NCBI GenBank assembly: GCA_020137815.1
Contig: CM035356.1
Span: 7,564,001 to 7,628,000 of the forward strand
DNA from: Hormiphora californensis
Lineage: Eukaryota > Animalia > Ctenophora
DNA: 64,000 bases
Reading direction: 5' to 3'
The notes under the pieces are model-generated. The model searched no databases, had not been told where the DNA came from, and saw only the letters and a list, made by a program, of their open reading frames with translations. Of the stretch, positions 25,964 through 64,000 are shown in pieces (the first letter of the stretch is position 1; the number at the start of each line of letters is the position of its first letter). The translations under genes were made by a program, and so were the position numbers.

Positions 25964-27748
25964 CTTGAGAGAGCTAGAGTTGGAGAGTTGGAAGTAAAAT
26001 AGAACTTTGGCATACGCTGCAGTTCCCAAGTGCACACATTTTTAACGGCAACTGATACAGGGGACTGCAGCGTAGGCCAAATGGAACTTTAAAAAAATAA
26101 TTTCTTGGAAACGAACTCAAAAGTGGTTGGACTGAAGTAAAGAGAACAAGTTTATATTATTTTTGTAACAACGGTTTCAACGTAAAACGGCAATTAATTA
26201 GAACTGGGAAGGTGGGTATATTTATCATACATTTGACAGAAGAAATCGAAGTTTCTAATTTGACACTTGACGAGCACTGTAGAACAAAAGTAAAACTGTA
26301 TGTAGCTAGGCCCAGGTCTACAAAATTAATTTATGCTACAGTCCGCGAATAAAAGAAAAGTTACACAGAGAGAGAGAGAGAGGAGCCATTGAGCCAACTA
26401 TGGGCCGCACAGTCCGCACTGGGGTGATAATTAGCAGCGTCAGCAGCAGTTGACCTAAAGTTGATTCTCGGCACGCGACCACCCACCTCTTTGGAGGTCA
26501 GTCTGGGAGATTCGTTAGTGAGTAGCGACCACCCCCCGGCCACGTGTATTAGAACACACGTGTTAGATATCAACACCATGACGGACACATCTTAGGATAT
26601 TTCTCCTCATAGCAAGCTGTTCCTTAATCCTTAGGCTTTCATCATTATCAAATATGCAATGTAGTGTATTCCAAGATAATAGTGTTCCTCCCTGTTACTA
26701 CATCGAGACATTATCTAGACATGATTATTCCAGCTCTTAGGGCTCCCACAGATTCCTTATCTTATGCTAGGCTTTCATCACTAAGGAATCTACATCAAGC
26801 TCCAAGCTCCATATCAGAATTCAAAGTGCAGGGACAGATGCACTGATATATAAGCGTTATTGTTACTCAACAACATAGTGACCGGAATGGAGGGTCAACA
26901 TTCAACAATAACTGTAAAGGGAAGCTTGAAGGAGTTATAGTTGTTACAAGTTGTTAGGCAAATGAGCCGTTAAACGTATCGGAATGAGAATTGCAACAAG
27001 AAAAGTCATATAGAAGACCCTTAAAAATTATGAGCCGATTTATCTGTCGAAATGATAGCTCCTTCCGAGATGGTCAAAAGAAAACGTTGAAATTTATCTG
27101 TGGTTTCAACTTTGGGAGGGGGACGTGGTTGATATCGATAATTAGTGAGCCGGTTTGGCCCCCTTCAATTAATTGAAATATATATTGACACGGACCACAG
27201 CTATTTTCCGTAAACCGTATAATTTTCAAACTGATGGAGTTCCAGAAATTCTAGAAATTACATGTTTTGAGTTGTAAAAATACCGTGCCAAGAATTCACA
27301 CCTTTCAAATACCTGACAACGAAATACCTGCCCCCGTCCTGGTCCAGCAGTCCTGGCTTATGAAAACATATATATGGTTGAAGTCAAATAAGCACAAGGT
27401 TGAGTAGTGTGTGCAGTATTTGCAGGAGATATAACTTTAAAAAGTAGGTAGGGAAGTATTACAAGAGACCTTATAACATATCTTTTACTCTCGGCAGAGG
27501 ATCGAGACAAAGAAGCTGAAACATAAGTCTCGGTAAATATCCTGCAATTTGTAATGACCGATCGGCAATCATTACTTTACCAGTTGTATACGTTTGTGTG
27601 TAACGGGTTGCACCAACGTCTCATCTGGTGCCCAAGAAACGATTGGATAAGTTCTGATTTTCTATGACACAGCAAGCAAATAATCCGTATAATATATAAC
27701 CCATATAATGTCACCTATCGGGGATATTCAAGAGAGATATTAAAGAGA

Positions 27749-27784
<36 letters not shown>

Positions 27785-27813
<29 letters not shown>

Positions 27814-28984
27814 TTTTGGCTGGAAAATTTAATGGTGGACAATACAGCAATGAAAATAAATAAATATTAAACATACTGAGTCCTGCCCCGTGCGAAGAGA
27901 TCGATACTCGTAAAGATAGACATTTAAAACAGGAAGATGATCTCCACAAGCTTGTGGGGCAAAATTTGGTGAGTTCTAGATGCACTCTATCACACCTTTT
28001 CTCAAAATATACTTTCTCTCTGGGTGCTCGTGTCTCAGTTCGTTAAGAGTTTTAATGGATTTCCTCCTTTCAACCCTCTCTTCAAAACTCCTGTCAGGCT
28101 CGATATAAACACGGCTATAACTGCCAGACTTTCTCAACTCACACGCCTTTCTCAAAAGAACAAGGAGACTGTCTCTAGACTGCAATGTCACTTTAACAGG
28201 CCTAACCTTACCCTCAACTTTAGATCCCAACCTGATACAGCTGTCCAGAAGTGGCTTCTCGTTCAGTTCCTCTAACAGAGACGTCACCGTGGCATCCACA
28301 GTACCTCCAACAGGTTCCTCAGGCAGCCCAAAAATCATCAGATTCTTGGAGCGGTCCTCTTGGTCAGCTCTTGGGACTGATGCTTTACTGACAGCTTCCT
28401 GGATTTTCATCGGAGCTAATGCGGCACTACAGTTCTGCGTCAAGATAGCTGAATAGCTCTTCAGGTCACGCTGTACAGACTTAGTCAAAGCTGCAGACTC
28501 AACATTTCGAATTTCATCTTTCAGTTGGATAACTTGATCTTGAAGATCAATTATCCTACGGTGGGTATCAGCCAGCTCCTTCTGTAGGCTGTTCCTCTCG
28601 TCCTCCCCATCAACACTGGAAGTTGACGGTCTCCTACTCCCCAGGGGGAATGCAAGATCAAAAAGTAGATTGCATGACTCCGCCAGAAAATACGCTAGGT
28701 TGTTCTTCATGTACTTCCTCCCATTAAATGTTTCAATACTGATATCAGGAATAGGCATTCCTCTACCTATCAGATCGTGCAGCTCATCTGGAGTAAACTT
28801 ATTCATTGAACCAGGCGATGTGTTGTTACGAATCATGTTATACAGCTTCGTAACTTTGTCAGGGGCAGGGTCTTTGGGATTCCACTCCATCATGATGTTA
28901 CGGTGATCCTCGAACGGTGAGACAATTGCAAGCAGAGATAACGATCAGAGCGATAAAAATCGCTCGCAGCAACAGCAATGTGAT

Positions 28985-28987
<3 letters not shown>
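27785..28987 (-). mobile_element. ORF1-only non-LTR (CR1/L2-like) element embedded in a (CT)n tract
   Basis: Intact 305-aa ORF 27976-28893 with a coiled coil and DRSKNLMIFGLPEE..RLG..RPVKVTL..VYIEPDRSFEER, typical of LINE ORF1. No ORF2. (GCCA)n 3' tail; microsatellite on both flanks. Confidence 0.7.
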
Positions 28988-29061
<74 letters not shown>

Positions 29062-29112
29062 AAGAGAGAGAGGGAGAGAGAGAGTGACAGTGACAGTGAG
29101 GGAGAGAAAGAA

Positions 29113-29192
<80 letters not shown>

Positions 29193-29339
29193 AAGTAAGG
29201 CCTGTCAACACGGCTCCGTCGGCGGTTAGTCTCTGGGTTTTGAGGCTTCATATAATAATGCTTGTACGTTCAGTTAGCACCTGAGGAACTATAGAGATGG
29301 TAAAAGAAACCGAGAATAGAGAATATTATTCGGCTACCA

Positions 29340-29420
<81 letters not shown>

Positions 29421-29992
29421 AGTTAATTAACAGTAAGTTTAACCAGCTTCCTAACGCACGTTGGCACCTCTCCATCAAAGTCGTATAATTCTGTGTGCAA
29501 AAATACCACCTTAGATGGTCGATATAGGTCGATATTACTTAGGTCATTCATTGGATGTCTGGCGACGCCGTCCCGATCTGAGAATGAAAGCGGGGTCAAC
29601 AATATAACTAACAAGAATGACACCTTATTGGGCCGGGATTCTGAACTCTCAATGGGACCGGGGGCAGAACTCCTACCCTAAATTCAGACCTAGTGCCCTA
29701 AATGTTGAAGTTCTACATACCTGCCAATGATTATTATATTTCATTTTTATGATCGATTCCCGTCAAAAATCACAGCATGTGTTGACGGCATGTACACATT
29801 GTTTACACAACACATTAGCTGGCGTTTGTGTAGTGGCTAGTATACTGTCAGAGCATTGGCCTGACCCTATTCTCATTTCTCTCTCCAGTTCTGCACGCAG
29901 AGCGTGCGAAAACTGTGGTCAGAGCATTGGCCTGACAGCTAGTATAACACTCGCCTTATTTTTATTCTAACCCATCTAACTATGTTGTAGTT

Positions 29993-32204
29993 ATGACAAG
30001 AACACTGAATGAACTTGTGGCGGGACATGTCAATAATACAGGTGAGAATTAGTAAACTTAAATGTAACGGGTGAACCACCAATAAACGTTGTTTTGTATT
30101 TATAACTGGTGAACAGGGGGCATTGGGAGTTTCGTAGTTTCACAAAGGGCCCCAACATAGCCTTCGGTGGCACTAAGGGCGCGGAGAGGTCGCGAGAAAA
30201 AATCTGGTGAACTTATTTAATGAACTTCACTTTCCACTCTGCAGAGTGCGAGAAGGCGACCCTGGGTAGGAACTGTGTCTACATTGTAGCTGCCGTGATA
30301 CTAAACGATGATAATAAAATACTGATGATACAGGAAGCTAAATCATCTTGTCATGGGCTGTGGTACCTTCCTGCAGGTATGTTCCTGGCCTTTACTCAAC
30401 ACAGTAGGCAGTCTGGTGTATTCTACTCGTGTATAATTAATCCTACTAGTATCGTGTATAATCGTGTTTATTCAGTGTAGTAAAACAATCAACTACCTCG
30501 AACTGTTTGAAAAGCACAGTAATACTTATTATCTGTTGAACAATTCCACAAAAAAATACCCTCTTCATGTCAGGAAGGGTAGAGAAAGGGGAATCTCTGG
30601 TGGACGCTGTAAAGAGGGAGGTTGAGGAGGAGGCCGGGGTCCAATTTGAACCGACTGGAATTACTTTTGTAGAGGGAAATAGCTTGTAAGTGGGGTTACA
30701 ATTTAGGAAATGTTATAGCTCCATAAATGTCCCATATGAACTGTATTATCCAAATCAGACTAATCAATGCATTATTGGTGATATTATAACCATTATTTTC
30801 AGCTGGCTGAGGACAACCTTTACTGGCCATATAACGGGTGGGGCACTAAAAACTGTACCAGACAAGGAAAGCCTGTGTGCTGCATGGTACCACCCTTTAG
30901 ATCTGCAAAACCTTCAGCTGAGGTAAAGGCCGGTAAATCAGGGGTTAGTAGAGGCCGGTAAATCGGGGGTTAGTAGAGGCCGGTAAATCGGGGGTTAGTA
31001 AAGGCCGGTAAATCGGGGGTTAGTAAAGGCCGGTAAATCGAGATCACACTGCAGTACCACGCCACTGTCTCTATTTTGTGTGTAAACGATAAAACTCCAC
31101 TAGGCACTATCTAGCACTGCTTACAGTTTCATTATTTCAGGGCACATGATGTGGTTAGTGTGATACGTGAGTCAGTGAAAACAATAAAATCTGACATGGT
31201 TGCTCCCCTTCCCATGTTGACCCCCGTTTATGGTTCATCCATTTCTGTCGCAGTAATCTCTCCAAGGTACTGTGAAAACGAGGGAACACGTTTGACGTCT
31301 GTGCTATAGTAATTGAGGCTAAAACATGATAACACCATACCTTATTTTGTTCAAGGTATATGATACCATTGTTAGGGTCACCCTGGCGTCAGAGCATATT
31401 GGCCTGATAGGGCTCACCATGAGATTGATCAAATACCAAATCTCAAATTTCTTGATGAACCTTACACAGCTATTACAATGAACATCACCATTTATATTAG
31501 AGTTAGTACATAAATGACTCTTCCAGCTATTACAATGAGTCGAGATATGTCATATGAGCTGCTACTGAATGTCTAACAATATTTCCCCTCAGTAAAAGAG
31601 TATTGGTAACGGATGGTCAGTTGCCTGGCGGACAGTGTATGATGTCTAGCCTGGAGCACACTGCAGTCAACATTTTGAAAGTATGTTTGAACACATAACA
31701 CTTCGTAATATGTACCTCGATAAAATTAGACACTTCCATTACCACCTATTTCCCCTGCAGCAAGTTTTACCGAAAGATAGTTTCAACGATAGTGACTTAC
31801 AGAAAATGTCCCTGATTTCAATAGTTCACGATGGACGACCATTTCAAGACGAACAGGTTTGTAACGCGCGACGACACCAAACATATTATCTCCGCGCGCA
31901 ATAGACGCTTTCCAGCGCTCACAGCGACCGTGGGAATTTTTGAGGGATTTTACGATCGGGAGCTTCCCAATCCCATATTTATGATTTGCCATTGAAACAA
32001 TTATCCGCTAACTCTCAGCTCCCTCTATCTCAGGGCGTTTCTAAAACCCATGATGGGGCCCACTTTGTGTACCGATACGAGGTAGAGGAAGAATTCCAAT
32101 TGAACCCAAAAAAGAAGAAACCTGATGCTTTTCCATGTTTGCAGTGGATTGACCAAGGGGTGGATCTGAGCGGGAAAGCTATACCAACAAAATCGAAGCC
32201 CTAA
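29993..32204 (+). CDS. NUDT18: Nudix hydrolase, 8-oxo-dGDP phosphatase NUDT18-like, multi-exon
   Basis: NCVYIVAAVILND..ILMIQEAKSSCHGLWYLPAG|RVEKGESLVDAVKREVEEEAG (Nudix box), then WLRTTFTGHITGGALKTVPDKESLCAAW..LR|AHDVV. Confidence 0.85.
30925..31040 (+). repeat. Intronic minisatellite, 23-bp unit, about 5 copies
   Basis: aggccggtaaatcgggggttagt repeated; resembles the TIR core (CCGGTAAATCGGGG) of the pogo-like MITE. Confidence 0.8.
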
Positions 32205-32730
32205 GGACCATTGACATTATAGATAGCAAGTTTAGTTTTAGTTTATTAGTTTTTACTATGTTTATCGATTTTGCAAACTTTTAGCTTTGCTCACTATGTG
32301 TGTATATTTGTCGATAGAGGTGTTGAGCTTGTATAGTTTTTGTAATTGTGGAACACTGTTTTCTATTTTTATTGATGTGTTTTATGTAAATTGACTGTAA
32401 ATATCACTTTCCGAAATCCCAAATTAAACTGTTTCAATTCATTGATACGTGTATAACAGGGGTGTCAAATAGGCCATACCACCTTTCTGACGGCGCCGGC
32501 CCGATCTGGGTCAAACAGAATCTGTTTAACAGATATTGCCCCGCCAGCCAGCACTGGTGGTCCTGCAGCAGCCTGGATAATCAGGGCCCGACTGTAGTAT
32601 TTTTATGTGAAAAGTAACATTGGAGAATGTGAAACACGTTTATTTTGGTGTTGGTGTGTATATGGTACAAATAGAATGTCGGTTTACAAATTATAAAGGT
32701 CATCACTGAACAACATCATCTCTCTCTCTC

Positions 32731-32915
<185 letters not shown>

Positions 32916-33315
32916 ACAATCCTCTCTGTCTCATCTTACATCTCTCGCTCTCTCTTCATCTTCTGTTAGTTCTCGCTCCCGCGTAGCTCTATCCTGGTCC
33001 TGCTGGTCAGTCATCTGTCCCTCCTCTCAATTGGTTCCTTGATCATTAGTTGTCCTCGAATCTCTGGAGCCTAGGGTCCTGGCCAGCCTGCAGTACCGGC
33101 CTCCTTTATTTCTACTGATTGGATTGGTCCTCAAATTTGGCTGAAGTATGGATTCAGAACTCGATCTTTCAAATAAAATGTGTCATAAAGAAACTCGATA
33201 TGAACAGCCCGGCAGATGGCCCTACTTCCCTCGCCCTCTCTGTAGTCTTATCCTCATTCTATCTTACTTGTTAACAATGTGTGCACACTCAGGGATAACT
33301 CCCTGCCCAACCCCC

Positions 33316-63728
<30,413 letters not shown>

Positions 63729-64000
63729 GAATGTCACCGCTCGATGTGTAGAAGTGGAAGCAAATTTACTACTTGAAGAATTGAGCTCCCTGATCTTTAG
63801 AGCTATAAAAACTACCTCGACATTAATCATTTTAATGAAGGAGCATGTTACTATGGCGACCAAGAAGCAGTGAAGCACGAAGGAGACAGGATCGAGAGGC
63901 AATTTTCAAATGAAATATGGCGTCAAAACCTACTACCGTGCAGATCACAGCTGCAGAGGTCTAATGACTATTCAAAGAGCAAGTACTACAAATTCAAATT

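Overview
Eukaryotic (animal) genomic DNA with spliceosomal introns, abundant (GA)n/(CT)n microsatellites and many TIR elements. The compact, GA-rich, nested layout is reminiscent of a ctenophore-like invertebrate, but that is inference only. Genes, left to right: an ORF resembling a type II membrane protein, apparently nested in an intron of Nup160 (-); Nup160 (-, 3' part outside the window), head-to-head with a GH31 alpha-glucosidase (+); a 5'-truncated CRE-like RT-RLE retrotransposon inside a palindromic MITE; an OFA-like MFS transporter (-); a CLIC/DHAR-like GST-fold gene (-) with four homologous candidate first exons; an ORF1-only LINE derivative; NUDT18 (+); and a ~30 kb cyclic-nucleotide-gated (CNG) channel gene (-). 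Main highlight: the CNG gene has two tandem, frame-incompatible copies of the whole S4-pore-S6-C-linker exon, two alternative C-termini that swap the ligand-selectivity residue (Asp plus coiled coil versus Asn), and two alternative N-termini. One locus could therefore encode both A-like and B-like subunits. Second highlight: the variable-first-exon array of the GST-fold gene. Exon models were built by hand from GT/AG sites and reading phase, with no transcript data. About 58.2-60.4 kb looks like low-quality consensus.
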